From Gordius albopunctatus (Eukaryota), in assembly GCA_964276515.1 (NCBI GenBank), contig OZ193909.1:5456001-5520000 (forward strand): a stretch of 64,000 nucleotides of DNA, in the 5' to 3' direction. The position numbers were made by a program, and so were the translations under genes. Positions 1 to 13,597 of the stretch are shown here, piece after piece. Within the stretch, counting starts at the first letter, position 1. Each line of letters starts with the position of its first letter. The notes beneath the pieces are model-generated. The model was not told the origin of the DNA and did not search any database. It was given only the letters and a program-made list of their open reading frames with translations.

Positions 1-1047
1 TTTGAAAGACAACGAGAACTAAAACTTTCAATAACAGTTTCGGATTAAATCTAGGTTATAATAAATTTCTAAACATTTGCTGCAAGAGAAGTGCAATCGG
101 GCACATAAAAATGTGGATATAAAGGGGCATATGATGGGTATAATGGTGTAAGTAAAAGGGGAGCTTCTAAGTAATAACGTATCATATATTTATATATTTT
201 GTATGGTACACATTTGTTTATATATATGTATATATTAATAGATGTTTTGTAATATACTAAGTATGTACTGGGGTATATATTATAGATGATATTTGTGAGA
301 GCGTATTTAATTTTAATAATAATTTAAGTACAAATATGTAGTTTTCATGAAGATATGCTAATGAGAAAACGAGAACAAAATTACATGTGGATGAGATGGA
401 GAGGTTCGCGTTAATCTTAAAGCTAATATCTGAAGAATGGTCTAAAACGATGGACTTTTTAACTTAGTGAAGGAAAAACGTTAAATTCGTAATTTCAGTG
501 TATTTGGGAAAATTATCTATACTATTATATCAAACAGCGATGGGTTTAGGGTAAAACAATTAACGTTAGTTATATTGCGCAGACAACAACAGCCGAAGGG
601 TTATGAGGGGATTAATTACTCTAGAGTCTACCAAAAATATGATAGATTAGTTTGGTGTAATAATAAAGTAAGGAATCGTTGTTAAATATCAAAAAAGTGA
701 AATAAACATAGCCGTCGTCGTGCAGCCAGTACCCTCCTTGGAATACGCCTTAAATGCACGTAGTATAATTAATAAATGTGAGAAAGTGATCACGAATAAA
801 AGTAGTAGGCGAAAGGAGGAACTCGGTATAAATTTACCTATAAATAATTTAAAACAAATGAAAGGAAACGACGTATAAAGAACACTCGTCCAGTAATAAA
901 AACATGGGTCAGGAGATGAGAGACAAGATAAATTCTATTGCCATGAAATGTAATGTTCACAAATATGATGATGATATGGTGTATCTCCAAGATTGATCTA
1001 AATTTCAGGAAAAGTATCACATTTCAGCAGGCGCGGGAGAGGGGGTG

Positions 1048-4000
1048 TTACGAGGGACATTTTTGATTTTCGAGTTTGGCTATCAATGCGTTCAGTAATT
1101 TCAGCTTGTTCTTCGCCATCTAAAAACAAAAAGCAAACGTGATTGTTGGTTTACAAAATTATTAAAATAGTCGCTTAAGTATTAAATCGCCAAATCCAAG
1201 AAAGCATTAAGCAACATCATTTTACCAAACAAGCTGAATCGCCCAAAAATAAAAACAAATTTTCCTAAACCAATCAAAAAAGTGAATTGTCAGAGGTAGG
1301 GCTTAGGAAAATGATAGAATTGTGATTTAAACCCGTTAACAAATTTAGCAAGCAGCCTTTTAAAATTGCAATGGCGTAGACCAATTTCGCCGGGCTCCGC
1401 TCACACATCCACAAGCCACAACAAAAAACATGTTTTTCCTATTCGCATAAATAGACCAAAGGTGTTTGGTCAAGCCTTTGGTCTATTAATGTTAGTGGAT
1501 TAAGCAAAAACCCAGCCATTTTCACAACACTAGGTGGTGGTAGGTAACCTTGTAAGTTTCGTAATATTCGAGGTTGGGTAAGAAGTAGGCTCGTTTAGTG
1601 GTAGTAGCAGCAACGGGTGGGGACGATGGAGTAGGGGAATAGTCGAGCAAGCTAGTGGCGGTGTAGGTAGGGGGGAGCTGCTGCTGCTGCTGGAAATTGT
1701 CGTAATTGTACATCTTAAGTTGTCGCTTCATAGCCGCAGTGCTGGCCCGTTGTTGCCCAGCGGCCCCCGCTGCACCCCCAGAACTCGATGAGGTGGTTGG
1801 TAGGGGTGCGGCGCCTACGGGTTCGGGTAAGTCTGATGACGGATATCCCGCCCCTTCTTCTCCCGCCCCCTCCAAATCGACCGGTATGTAAGCCAACTTC
1901 TTGTAACGGTGACGGATCGCCTTGATTTTCCTACGCTCTTCCAACAACTCTTGCCTGATGGGGTGGGGAGGAAGGTGATGAAAGGTCAATGGTAAGGGAT
2001 TAACGCCTCATACTCGTCGTATATAAAAAATTTCGTGAGGTCGTTAATGGAAATATTTTAAAACGTATAGCCAGGATTGGGATTAGAGGGGGGGGGCCAA
2101 TAATTATTTAGAGAGGGGCAGCCGCCCTTCCCTGACCCCTCCCTCCATGGCTAAGCCCTTGCCCTCATTTCGTTGTGTACCTTAAAACAATACTTTAAGG
2201 TAATCGTTCGGTAGTACAATTTGCTTCGATTAGTCAAAATTGGTTGGTATAAAATTTAAATTAAAAGTAGGGGTCACGGATACGAAAGCGAAAAAACCAA
2301 TAGTACCTCATTTCGCTGTGTTCATTAAATCAAAAAATCATCTTTATTCAATAACTTTCGCAAAAAATTAAATTAAAAGTAGGGGTTCATTGAGGTAAAA
2401 AAACCATCATCAACTAAACCAGACACCTGCACTGCACGGGTACCCGAAACCCGATTCAGTTCCGGTATTAAAATGCTTTAGGGTCAGGTCGGGGGGTTGA
2501 AATTTCAAAAATGCCTTCGGGTCGGGTTGGAAAAAAGTGACTTTGCAGTTATCTAAAATAAACTAATACTTTCCCCACCCTTATGGATTATATATATTTA
2601 ATTGTCGTTACAAAGATGCCGAGTGGATGCTCGAGGTCTCCATAGTTCCCATGGCGACTGGATGTGTGGCATCAGCCGGTGATTTGGTAGGTTGATATGG
2701 AGCAGGAGCGTGAACGTTAGAACCAACGCCGGACGACTTGGAGGAGCGTTGAGCGTTTAGATTGAGAGGCAGGTTTTCATAGGGATCGAAAGCCCTATTA
2801 GCGCTCCTGGCGCAACCGGTGAATTGGGAGCGGTTATGACGAGTACTTTCACTCTGCGTTTGATCTTGGGCGGCGAAAAATGAGGAGCGGGAGGAAAAGC
2901 TGCCGCGCTAAAAATTGCAATTTAGAATTACGTAGGTTGGAGGATAGTGTTGTTTAAGGTATGCCGGTTAAAATTTACTTGAAAAACAGGTAATATATTT
3001 TACAAGTTTTATGTAAATGCCAATTAAGAAATGTTTTCCGAGTGTGATTTTACACATGTTTGAGACGACGCATTTTAAAATATATTATACGTAGCTGCAT
3101 AACGTTTAAGATAAAATTCAATTGCGAGTATTTTATTTAAAAACTAAATTAATTATTTTTCAAAAATTTTGCACCATCTTATCAATAAAACAATACAAAT
3201 CGATTATAAAATGCACCGAAGTGATGCTGGTGTCGAAAGAGTCAGCGTCCCATTGATGTCCTTCTATGATTGTGGGCAATTCGGGAATGGCGTGACGAGG
3301 CTACAACACGAAAATAGAAGAGAAAAAATTGTAGAATAATATTTATTTTTCTCGCCTCAAATCAAACTAAACCACACAAGTTTAATCAGGCAAGATTACC
3401 AATCTAAAGAATGCTAACTCTTCCAAAGAAAAACGCGGATTAAAAATCATGTGTTGCAATGGATTATTTAACAAACCTAGTTGCCATAACTCAAAAAATA
3501 TTCACTCTAATTGCTAAACTGATTGATCAGTATTTAGAAATCTAGTGTTCCTAATTTCATAGAAATATAAAATGGTTGGCTCGCTGGACAAAGGGTGGTA
3601 CTTCAGAATATTTGGCTAGGATGTTCTTGATGCGACGGTACTTGCAGTATAGCGGCCGCATGAGGTCTATGGTTGCCTTGTCGGTAGGTTTGCCGTGCAC
3701 GCGTTCAAAGTGGAGCAACACCTTTTGCAACACCACCTTCTGCTTCCACAACACCTCCGGGTTGAGATCCTACGTTAAAAAGCGATCGTTAGTAGGTATA
3801 TACCTAAATGAGGTTTCAATTTTAAGAAATGGGAAAAAACTAAGGTATTGTTGCCCAGCTTTTGGAAATAATTCCTATGTACGAAACATTTGTCGTGAGA
3901 AAGTTCTTCAACAAACGCAAGCGATATAAGCTAATTGTTACACATAATAATTTAAAACTACAAGCTTTATTTAAAAAGCGTATCAATCTTAAATTAATTT

Positions 4001-7000
4001 ATTTAATGGCCAGTTATAATAACAATAAATGTCACATTCTAAGCCAAACCCTAAAAGGCCTAACTTCACTAAAACACAATTTTTAAATCAAAAATTCGAC
4101 GCTAATGCAAACTACATAAATAAAGAGCCTCTAACTAACCCAAAATTTTTGACCATCTAAAATTCGACCATCAGGCTTGCTAAAAATATTTCAAAAAAAA
4201 AGCTAACTTCGAGGAGACGGGTAAGGGTTTCCCGGCTTAAGAAGGTAGGCCTAGCGTTATGCGCTGACGTATCAGCGTCGGGGGGCGCCGTGAAATGGTG
4301 GACCAGCGTTTCTGCGCCCGGCATGTAAGCTTGTAACGCTTGGAGTAGTGTTAAGTGGGGACTCGGGTCGGGAGTCCCGCACGGCGAACTGTGTCGGCGC
4401 GGCTTATGCTTCTCAGCGTCAACGCTGAAGATAAAGCGTTTGCCGCGATCGAGGTCGTCTCGAGTGCCCTCGCTCAAGCTAGGTGACGGGGGAGCGCGAT
4501 ATTTACCCTTGAGCGCTATGTGAATTGATTTAAACCATGAAATGAGAAAAGGACGAGATGGTTATTAATTCAAGCTGTCCTATATAAGTGCACAGGTCGC
4601 CACCCGGACACGAGTTGAAAATTTTGAACCTCTGGTCGGGTTCGGGTTGGAAAAAAGTGACTCTGCATTTCTTTAAGCTATCCTAATCCCTGACTAGGTA
4701 GAACTTAGCGTAGAAACTAACTGTCTTTATTTTCAATCAACATTCAACACTCTTTAAAACAAGTCTAATTTTTACAATAATTGCCTGTTTGCAGTCAGGT
4801 TCCAATTAACACTGAGATGGGGGAGCAAAAAGATTATAAGTTCAAAAATGCCTCATCCAAATTCTACTTAATTTTTATTCCACGATTGAAGATGGTTTAA
4901 AACGGAGTGATTAGCACATCTCGCATTAATTGTAAAATTGTAGCGACCCCGATAAACTTACAAAAACCATGCATTTAAGATTTACCTAACTTCTAATGAT
5001 TATAGCTTTTAAATATTAGGTACACTTATCAAGTGATTTGGTATAAAAAGAGCCTTGGTATTATTGGTCTTGGTACTATACCTTTAAGCTCCTTCTTGAC
5101 TTTTTCAATTTTGCTCGTGTATTTCTTAATCTCGTACATCGTCTCTCTGTTCCCCGCAAAAGGCTAAGGTGTAAATAGATTGAATTCGTTAAAAATTAGG
5201 GTAAAGTAGGCTTACTTTAAAGCCATTTTCCCGTTCGAAAACTTCCTCGTAGTGCGTCAACTTCTTTTCGTAAGCTATATTACCGAGGCAAAAAGAGATG
5301 ATTATATAAGTATACTCCATAAAATGTGAGCCACATGTGTCAAGCAAAATAAGTTTATCGAAAAATTATAATTGACTAACATGCAATGAAATTTATGAAT
5401 GGGGGCAATGGGGAGTTTTTGTGAGACGACATAAAATCTTTATCGTTATATTATAACGGACTTAAAAATGTTGGGGGCACGACTTACTTTGCAGCTTTTG
5501 ATGGAGGGCGTGAAAGGAAGCTCCGTCGATGCCATTTTCCAAAAAATTCCTAAATATAAAAATGAGCCGCTATTATGTACAGTGTATCAAGCTATCAAGG
5601 AAAGAAAAGGTATACAACAATGAAAAGTAACTAATATTACATCGTGTGTGGAATAAGGGGAAAAAGTAGGTAAAAGTTGCAGATTTGCTATTAAATTATC
5701 ACTAAATGAGTACCTATAGGCGTGATGGGTTGCCGGCGGCGACGGGGCAGGAAGATCCTTATGATCGAGTTGACTAAAGATTAAGGAATAAATATAAAAT
5801 GGCAGGAAATTGTTATACTTTTCCGAAGAGCCACCAAAGAATGATATGCAACGAGAGGCCGAATCCGGTTTCGTTCCAGTTTGAAAATTTTCGTCTAACA
5901 AAGATTGATTCTCCCCCTTATTGAAATAAAATCATAAATATGATAATAAGCTTACGCATCACCTAAAATATTTGGCCATTTCAAAATGATTCTCAAGTCG
6001 CGGAACTTGTTTAGGCGCCCTTTATAGAAATTCTTATGTCAAAAATAGACAAGTCGATAATGAATGTCTTGGCATGATGTAATCTTTATCACTATATTAA
6101 GCTATGCTCGACAACTCAATATCTATCTATCTATCGAGATAAAGTTGGCACTTATGCAAGACTCATTACTAACAAGTCTAATTCGTATTAAAATGTTAGA
6201 CGTTTAATGTCGTTTTATTTTTGCAAGATGAATTGTTGTCGTGCATAAAAGTCCCCCTATACAAGAAATAAATAAATAATCGCCTTACTGTGTGTGTGTA
6301 GTATCGGGCGATCATAAAATTTAGTAGTCAAACGATAAAAGAGCTCACGTTCAAAGGCAGTAAACTTTAAGTCCTCCCACCATGGGCGTAGCGAGGGAGG
6401 GGCAGGGAAAGGGTGCTGCCCCCCTCTAAATTCAAAAAAGCTTTAAAATTTAATACAATTATGCCTAAAATTTCAATAAATTGTCATTATGCCCCTCCCT
6501 AAATCCTTATCGCCCTCCTCTGTTTCAAATCCTCTTCCACACCAATTTAAAGCCAGTCATCCACTGCGTAATGGAAAGAGATGAACGCTGCAGTTTTGGG
6601 AATTATTAGCTGTATGTTATACTAAGGTTTTCTAGAAACCACGAAAGAGTAGTTAATGAAAAATTTCTTACGTTAGCGAATTCAGGAGAGTCTTCCTGAG
6701 CGTGGGTAGCCCAGCGGGTAACGCGCCAAGTGTAGCCCAAATGCATTTTTTCGGTACCGCCTTTGGCAACCTGCTTCTCCAACCAAGCTAAGTCGTCCGC
6801 AGCGTCGGAACTGACGCCCTGTGGTGCCTGTTGCTGATCATAAATCGACGAAGGCAAGTGGATTTTGGCGTAAAAAAAGTCGGCGTTAACTAGCGTAGCA
6901 TCGGAACCGCGCTTCGAAGAGAGCCCTCTGGGTATGGAGGGTGGGTGGTGGTCAGCGCTATCGCCTGAAAATTTTATAACATAATAACTCGGGCGAAAAT

Positions 7001-10000
7001 CGTAAGTTGCGGGGGCGTAAAAACGAAGAGCACATAACCGTGGAGATATAAAATTAATAATGTACAAAGGCTAGTTAATAGTTATATTATGCTAAACAAC
7101 GCGATCCAAGGTGAAAAAATAAACAATATGCAGGTTTACATTAACAAATGGTAGGGTTAGATAGATGGGGCGAGTAGATAATTTTTTACTTTTTCAACAT
7201 AAATATAGCCCCTGTGGATCGAAATTTTAAATTACATATACCCCTTAATCAATCCAACCTTTTTGTTAATACAAATTTCACATATAAAGGATTGATAAAT
7301 AGTAATTACAGTAATATGAGATATATTATATCATGCCAAAGATGAATAAATAGCTTATACGAGTTTAAAGATGAAATAAATGTGTGTAAGTTTGATAATT
7401 TATAGATCAGGTGTTAACAAGACTTAAATAAAAGTTAGAAAATGATATATATTTGATTATAATACTATTAGTTTAAAATATCACTATTATAATATAATAT
7501 AAAAGAAGCGTTGGTTGACTAATACATCTTCAACTACCTATTTTAAAAGAGACCAGGAAGGCAAAAAAGGATTAAAATTGCTATTCTTTTAATAATAATA
7601 AAAATGCGGTACAAACTAGCGATGCCTTACCAGCAGCCTTGAAATCTAGGCCCAACGCCTGCCCGTTAATGTCTTCGGTCAGATAAGCCTGACGCTCTAG
7701 GTCGGGCGTCGAAGCGCGGGCGTTGAGGAGATGCTTGTGCGGTGACGCTGGTACCGACGCTATCGACGAAATCAAGCTGGAGTTGCCGCTGCTCCCGCTA
7801 CTCAACTCTTCGAAGCGCGTCATAATTTCTTCCAAGCGCAGGCGACCAGGCACCGCCCTAACCATTTCCAAGCGCGGGCGCACCACTAAAGCTGCCGCCC
7901 CTATCGGGAGCGTAGATTCTTTTGGAAATGAAAAAGAAGGGTAAAATAAATCAACGAGAGTAATTGCTAAAATATTATTAAGACAAAATTTTATTGATTT
8001 TTGGTAGAAGCAAAAAAGTTACTGGGCCATTTTCCATTACAAATCAAAATGTTTTCGACCGCCGATCTAAGATTCGAATAATTTTTGGTGAGGGTGTAGG
8101 CCTCATATATTATAGTAATTTTTAAAATTTTTAGCCATTTTGTGGCAATAGTTTCGGGTTATTGGCGTTCAAAGGGGCAAAATCACGCTCAGGGGCGTTT
8201 TATTGATTTTACAATTTTGTCGTATTTTTGAAAGTCATGACTTAAAAAATACTGGCGCATAATGTCTAAAATTTTCAAAAATTAATGTAATATATGAATA
8301 CACCCTAACCAAAACAACCCAAATCTGAAATGGTGGTTCAAAAATCGTTTTTTTAGGCGATCTGACCTAGAATGGCCCTGCTATAATTGAAATCATCTTG
8401 GTTAGCTAATATCCTTTTTTCAAGCATATAAAGAGTTATATACGTTGGGAAAGAGCTTCTAGTGGATCTTCATCCGAGGAACCGTAGTAAAACTTAGCCG
8501 CTCGACGCTCAAAGGCGGAGGGGGGCGCGCTAAGCTCAAGGGCGGGGCCATCATTAATCCAAGCTTGATTGAGGCAGCAGCATGAGGAGGGCTGAGACCG
8601 AGACCGTTCCAACCCCCCCACAGAGGGGGCGTGACGATGTGTGGCGTGCTGTTGGTTAGGGGGGTGACGATGATGGGCGTGACGATGACAGTGGGGGTCA
8701 GGATTGTGGGTGTGAGGGGTAAAGGAAGGGTGGTGGTGATGGTGACGGTGGTGGGACACCGCTTTGAAATCGGGCGATGAACGAGATTGGTTAATGGGCG
8801 GCGTCGGCGATTCGCTACAAGGTTTATTGAAAATAATATAAATTTGAAAGGATTAATAGCAATAGTAACTTTCAGTTTAAAATTATAGGCACTGAATTAA
8901 TGTGCATCAATTTATGTAAACCAGATTTAAATGTTAGTCGTACAAAGTTTGAAAATTCAAGTTCGAGCTACTTAAAATAGAGGCCAATATCATCTAGTCA
9001 TTCATTATTTAGATAGCGTTAAAACGACACTAAGCGATTCGTATAAAAAAATTTCATTCTAAGGTGAATCTTCTGGTTTCTAATATGATTACCAAGAAAA
9101 AAACAGAAGAATAGGCATAGGCGTTTGATTTTGACAGCCAAAAACAACTTAAAAATGTTTGCTATATCTTGACCATGAGCGTAGTCAAGGGGGGAAGGGA
9201 GGGGCGGCTGCCCCCTCTAAATCTAAAAATTTGTTTAAATTTGTGGCAAAAACTAATCATCCTCTCTTATCCCAATCCTGGCTAAACCCATGATCTTGAC
9301 CTAGTGTAGAAGATAATGAATTATTAGAACTGAATTAACAACCAATGCTGATTTCATATTCCATTCGATGTTTATTATATATACATTGGCTGGCGTCCTT
9401 AGTGTGTACACCTAAAAATACTTTAAATAATAATCAAAAAGTTGTGTCGATTTTGTATAAATTCGTTCGAAAGGTGTCGTTGTTATGTAGTGTACCTTTT
9501 TGAGTGAAGCAGGATTTGGTCAAATGGTAAGATGAGCGCCTTTTCCCCCTTGTAAATCTTGACGAACTGAGCCGCTGCATGCTGCTTTTGAGAAGGTGAT
9601 AAACAATAATTTTATTAAGGGTTAATATAAAGAGTATAGAGATGGTTTTAGCGTTCGCTACACTTCGGCACGCATATTTAATTTAATACCATTGTCAAGG
9701 ACATATAAAATAATTATTTGTAAATTGCACAATATGATTTTATATAACATGAGCATGAGCGGACCATCAACAAAAATCTCGGGGTCGAGCGTCAAAAAAT
9801 AACTTAGTTATCTTAAAATATCCACTTTATAGTGTACGCTGATCATTCTAAATTTGAAACAAATTGATCGATTTTGGCACATTTTATAACTATTATATTG
9901 ATCGATAAATCGTATATATATAAAAAGATATCGTCCTAGTAGTGTTTTGTAAAAACGGTTGACATAAACAAACGGTTTTTTGGTCTGCTGTTTATCTTAT

Positions 10001-12188
10001 GTCGAGAAGAGTAAACAAAACCCAGGCGTTTTTACAAAACACTCGATCCCAGTGCTTGTAAATAAATTGCAGAAATAATTTCAGACCTCGGTTTGGTCTT
10101 GGCGCCAGCAAGGCAGACCAGCAGGGTGGGGGGTGGAGTTGGGGGCAGAGAGCACGAAATGGAGTTCTTCGGGGAACACCTCGTCCGAATGTATCATGAG
10201 AGCGCGCACTATAAACCACCAAGCGTCCATATCGCCCCCCTCTTCGCTACCCCTACCATAAATTTCATATTTTTCCCTTTTTCAAAACTCTTATTAGGTA
10301 AACATAATGATGTACATACGATATACAACGACTATTTTTCAAATTCGTAAAGAGCCAACAATCGAGAATTATAATGATAATGATTCCTTAACAAAATGCC
10401 AATTTTTTGAGGTAAAATAAAGCTGGGTAGGTGTATTTGGCTTTGCACTTAATTATAATTAAGCCAATGCTTTCTCGCCAAAAGTGACAGAAGGGGACCT
10501 TTTATGGGGATAAAAATTTTAGAACACCTCGGTATTTAAAAGTTTTAAGATCTTCGGCAGTAAATAGTGGGTTAAACTTGTTATTAGAAGGCGCCAAAAT
10601 ATGAACGCAAGTGAAGTCCCGAACAAAGAATTCATCATTCTCCGATGGGACTAAAGACTTTAGTGATAATCTTTCCTCTTTTACGAAATAAATTTGATAC
10701 TAAATAAGAGCCAAACTTTGTGGTGATGGATAAACTTACAGGTAGACGGTGCAAGAGAAACCGGTGACGAGATTTTCCATTAGATTGGGTTCGCAGCGGG
10801 ACAGTTGCCACAAGTGACGCAGGAAGGTCAACAAGTATGCCAAGAGGTGGTATTTGTTCGGTGGCAACTTGAGCAGAATATCTCCGTAAGCCAGGAGCAA
10901 GTCACGATCTTCGCAGCTTTTAGTCGGCGAGCTCGTGCACAGTTCTAAGATTAAAAGTAATTTTATTTTTATAAAGTAATCTTATATCTATCCAACTTTG
11001 TATCCATAATTAAAAGGAACTAAGGATCCGTTTAAAGATCAGATTAGTTAATTTTTTCTATTAGAACACGGCCCGGTCCGATTTATGACTAAATTGCCGA
11101 CTTAAATCATTATGTGTCTGCTCGACGATGCCCGAATCATTGGACCCGCCTGATCCAAAATGATTATTTATATAAATTTTAATTTGATTCTAGATTTTGT
11201 GAAAGAACTACGACAAATATATATTATGCAATCTGTGAAAAACTTTGACAAAATAATATACTATATAAACACTCTCATAAAGCCCGAATTCCCGATTCTT
11301 GTTAAGATATTTTTTGATCTCTAACATCAAGATATAGCGGTGTAAATAAAAATATTTTGTATTTTCATGAACTTTTTGCTTACTTTTGCGGGTTTGAATC
11401 ATAAGGTCGCCCACCTTGTGAGGCACGAGGGCGTGGGGCAATTTTTCCAAAAACAAAAACACGCAAAACAACAGTTCGGCGAGGAAGGTGGGATAATCGC
11501 CGCTAGTCTGTCCTTCGTGGTCTTTGGCGTCAATGGCGCGCGCAGAGGTAAGTGCGCGAAGCTCCAGCGTTTTTTTCAGCCCGTGAGCGTCGAGCTGGGC
11601 TTGGAGCGCCGTGACCGCGGCGCAAGCCATGTGCGAATGCAGCGAGGCCGGGGTAAGGAGCACGACGCTTGGAGGCGGCGTGGTGGCAGGCCCGGGACGC
11701 CAGGGTGGAAAAAAAAAATCGTCGCAAGCGGCCACCATTCTCCACAGCTGATTTTGCCCGGCCCCGCCCACGGCGACACCTTGATGGTGGTGGTGTTGTA
11801 TCACGTGTTGTCTCGAGGAGGAGCGAGGGGGTGAAAAGTCATCGAACCCGCGGGGCCAGACCCTCCCGAAGTGGGCGGCGAGGAAGGTGGTGACGCTGGC
11901 GACGAAGAGTGGAACGCGGGTGCCGGGCGCTTTTTCCAAGTGCGACAACGCGACTCCGAAATAGGCTGGCTCCTCCTCGAGGTCGCTCGACGCTGCCGAA
12001 GCAAAGTTGTTGAGGGGGATGGTTGGAGGGTCGTGGGAGGAGCGCGGGAATGAGTTGGGGAGACTGGCGGGGGTCGAGGAGGAGGAGGATGGAGACAGGG
12101 TGGAGGGCGGCCCGATTAGGCAATTGCCGCTACAACACAAGGAAGAAGCACAATTTTTGCACACGAGCGCGGCGCCGTTGGCTATCAT
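1048..12188 (-). CDS. FAM13A: FAM13-like protein (N-terminal degenerate RhoGAP domain, C-terminal FAM13 motifs), about 1337 aa, 20 coding exons
   Basis: Manual exon chain with GT-AG sites and consistent phases (4014 nt): 12188-11384, 10944-10740, 10252-10087, 9584-9496, 8814-8444, 7918-7631, 6964-6672, 6364-6289, 5894-5819, 5773-5714, 5549-5488, 5274-5216, 5163-5082, 4515-4208, 3930-3883 (least certain), 3769-3602, 3300-3217, 2907-2612, 1954-1549, 1119-1048. RhoGAP-like segments: YFGVALSHL..VPLFV, FLEKLPHALVP, LPPNKYHLLAYLLTFL, NLMENL. FAM13 motifs: YEEVFERENGFKP, KVVLQKVLLHFERVHGKP..MRPLYCKYRRIK, LPTIIEG, YETYKMAKNKLKLLNALIAK. The start codon is uncertain; the symbol denotes the family, not strict FAM13A orthology. 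Confidence 0.85.
1337..1490 (-). mobile_element. Possible short Helentron-associated (HINE/DINE-1-like) element in the last FAM13 intron
   Basis: 13-bp perfect stem AATAGACCAAAGG (1450-1462) / CCTTTGGTCTATT (1475-1487), a further TAGACCAA copy at about 1377-1384 and a T-rich end. Classification is inferred from structure only. Confidence 0.35.
2420..2555. mobile_element. Short hAT-type MITE (family B-related, ACCCGA subterminal repeats)
   Basis: Degenerate TIRs, ACCCGA/TCGGGT repeats, flanks AACTAAAC/AAATAAAC (7/8). A related shorter copy lies at about 4581-4675 with flanks AGCTGTCC/AGCTATCC. Confidence 0.6.
8024..8378. mobile_element. Possible MITE with GGGCCATT terminal inverted repeats
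   Basis: GGGCCATT at 8024 and AATGGCCC ending at 8378; no clear target duplication. Confidence 0.35.
9174..9292. mobile_element. hAT-type MITE family A (CATGGGCGTAGCC-like TIR)
   Basis: CATGAGCGTAGTC...GGCTAAACCCATG with perfect 8-bp TSD ATCTTGAC. Confidence 0.85.
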
Positions 12189-13232
12189 GATGGTACCTAT
12201 CGCTCGGAGAATATGGTTTCGTGGAATAATATACAATTAAAACAGTTCTTTTTGGTTTCGAGTAGTTGCCATCACACACAGTGAAGTTGTAAGTAAGGGG
12301 GATAGATGATTTAGGGTTGTTTCAAGCTACGCGAACACACTAAGAGAGTGTGGTGATGCATTTCAAGGGTCGAGGGCAGTCATGATATAACGAATTTTGG
12401 GTAATTATCTCCGAATTGTGCGTGGTGAAGTGGTGCCGTTGTTATGGAGCGGAGAGGAGGGGCGCCTAAGCTGGTTAGTCTAAATAGCGGAGGAATATTC
12501 GTAGTTATGATAAGCGTGTATGGAGGCGTCGACTAGAATAAAAATGCAATAAAATAATGAGGTGTAAATAAGGAAAAAAAACACTCAAATTGTTGTTGAA
12601 GGTTCAAAATCACAAATTATTTCTATCGGAGAACATTTAGGTGGAGGGAAAATAAATTTTAAAATCGACTTACTAATCTCTAGTCTACTAAAGGGGGTAA
12701 ACCGTTATTATTAATTGCTATGATGTATTTCAAGGATCTCAAACAAAAAGCAAAATATATATATATATTTGTTATACTTTTTTGCTGAAACGTACCCTGC
12801 GAGCCTAGTGCAAAATGCAAAATTAAGCCTTATGACGCAAACAAATGTTTGAATGAGAATTCGGTAAGAAGGGAAAAATCTAGCTGAGATAGGAGGAGGG
12901 GAAGGGGGAGGAGAGGGCGCGCCTGTTGCCGAACATTAATTTTTGTTTCGAAGCGTTGTTGAATGCTAATTTTTGGAAGGTTGCCAGGTAGTACAGTTGC
13001 TATTCCCAAAGCAAATGGGGCATAAATGGATGCGTACACCACAACACAACGATGAAGACCATTCAAATAACAAAAAAACGTATTTTTTAAAATAGTTTCT
13101 AGTAGTGTGGTTTTAGTCGTAGTTCTAGTCAAGTCTAAGGCTAACAAAACTAATCTCAAAGAATTTCGCAACGAGTTTTGAATTAAATGAATGATCTGGT
13201 CATCAAAGACAAAATTTGGGTATATGCTTTAT

Positions 13233-13597
13233 TAGTGATGGGAAGACGCTGAGCACTAGCGCGCTTAGCATCTCCCCGCTGATGGGAATAGCCTATTAAA
13301 TACGCTATGTCTACTAGCACATAGTCACTTCAAGTGCTTAAGCTATAGGTGATGGGAGGTTTGAGGTGCTATGAGCTATAGGAGATGGGAGGTTTGAGGC
13401 GCTAAAGCTATAGCCGATATCACTGGAATGCGGTAGAGCTATAGCACTGCGCTAACATTGAGAATAATAATTTCAATGAAAACAATAGAGTATAATATGA
13501 ACTTGTGCGTACTCTACTCACTCATGTTATTGTATTTTAATATCTAATAAACATTTTAAAAAATGATTCTTATCAATGTTAGCGTCGTGCTATAGCT
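13233..13597. mobile_element. End of a probable hAT-like element (TAGTGATGGG terminus, GCTATAG/GATGGGA subterminal repeats)
   Basis: TAGTGATGGGA start, many GCTATAG and GATGGGA motifs, and a roughly 31-bp tandem duplication at about 13341-13412; the other end was not found. Confidence 0.45.

Noticed and set aside
2163..2385. Two diverged tandem units of about 140 bp in a FAM13 intron
   Set aside because: Ordinary degenerate intronic duplication with no further structure.
9992..10222. ORF ending LFLQFIYKHWDRVF, resembling a last RhoGAP helix
   Set aside because: Out of phase with the upstream exon; the in-phase reading FIVRALMIHSDEVF supplies that helix and splices correctly.
11367..12240. 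Overlapping and antisense ORFs in FAM13 exon 1 (and similar ones over Tob and NARS2)
   Set aside because: Shadow ORFs of GC-rich coding exons with no recognisable domains.
13233..13460. Short interspersed repeats that might suggest a CRISPR-like array
   Set aside because: Irregular spacing, no unique spacers and no cas genes; fits transposon subterminal repeats in an animal genome.
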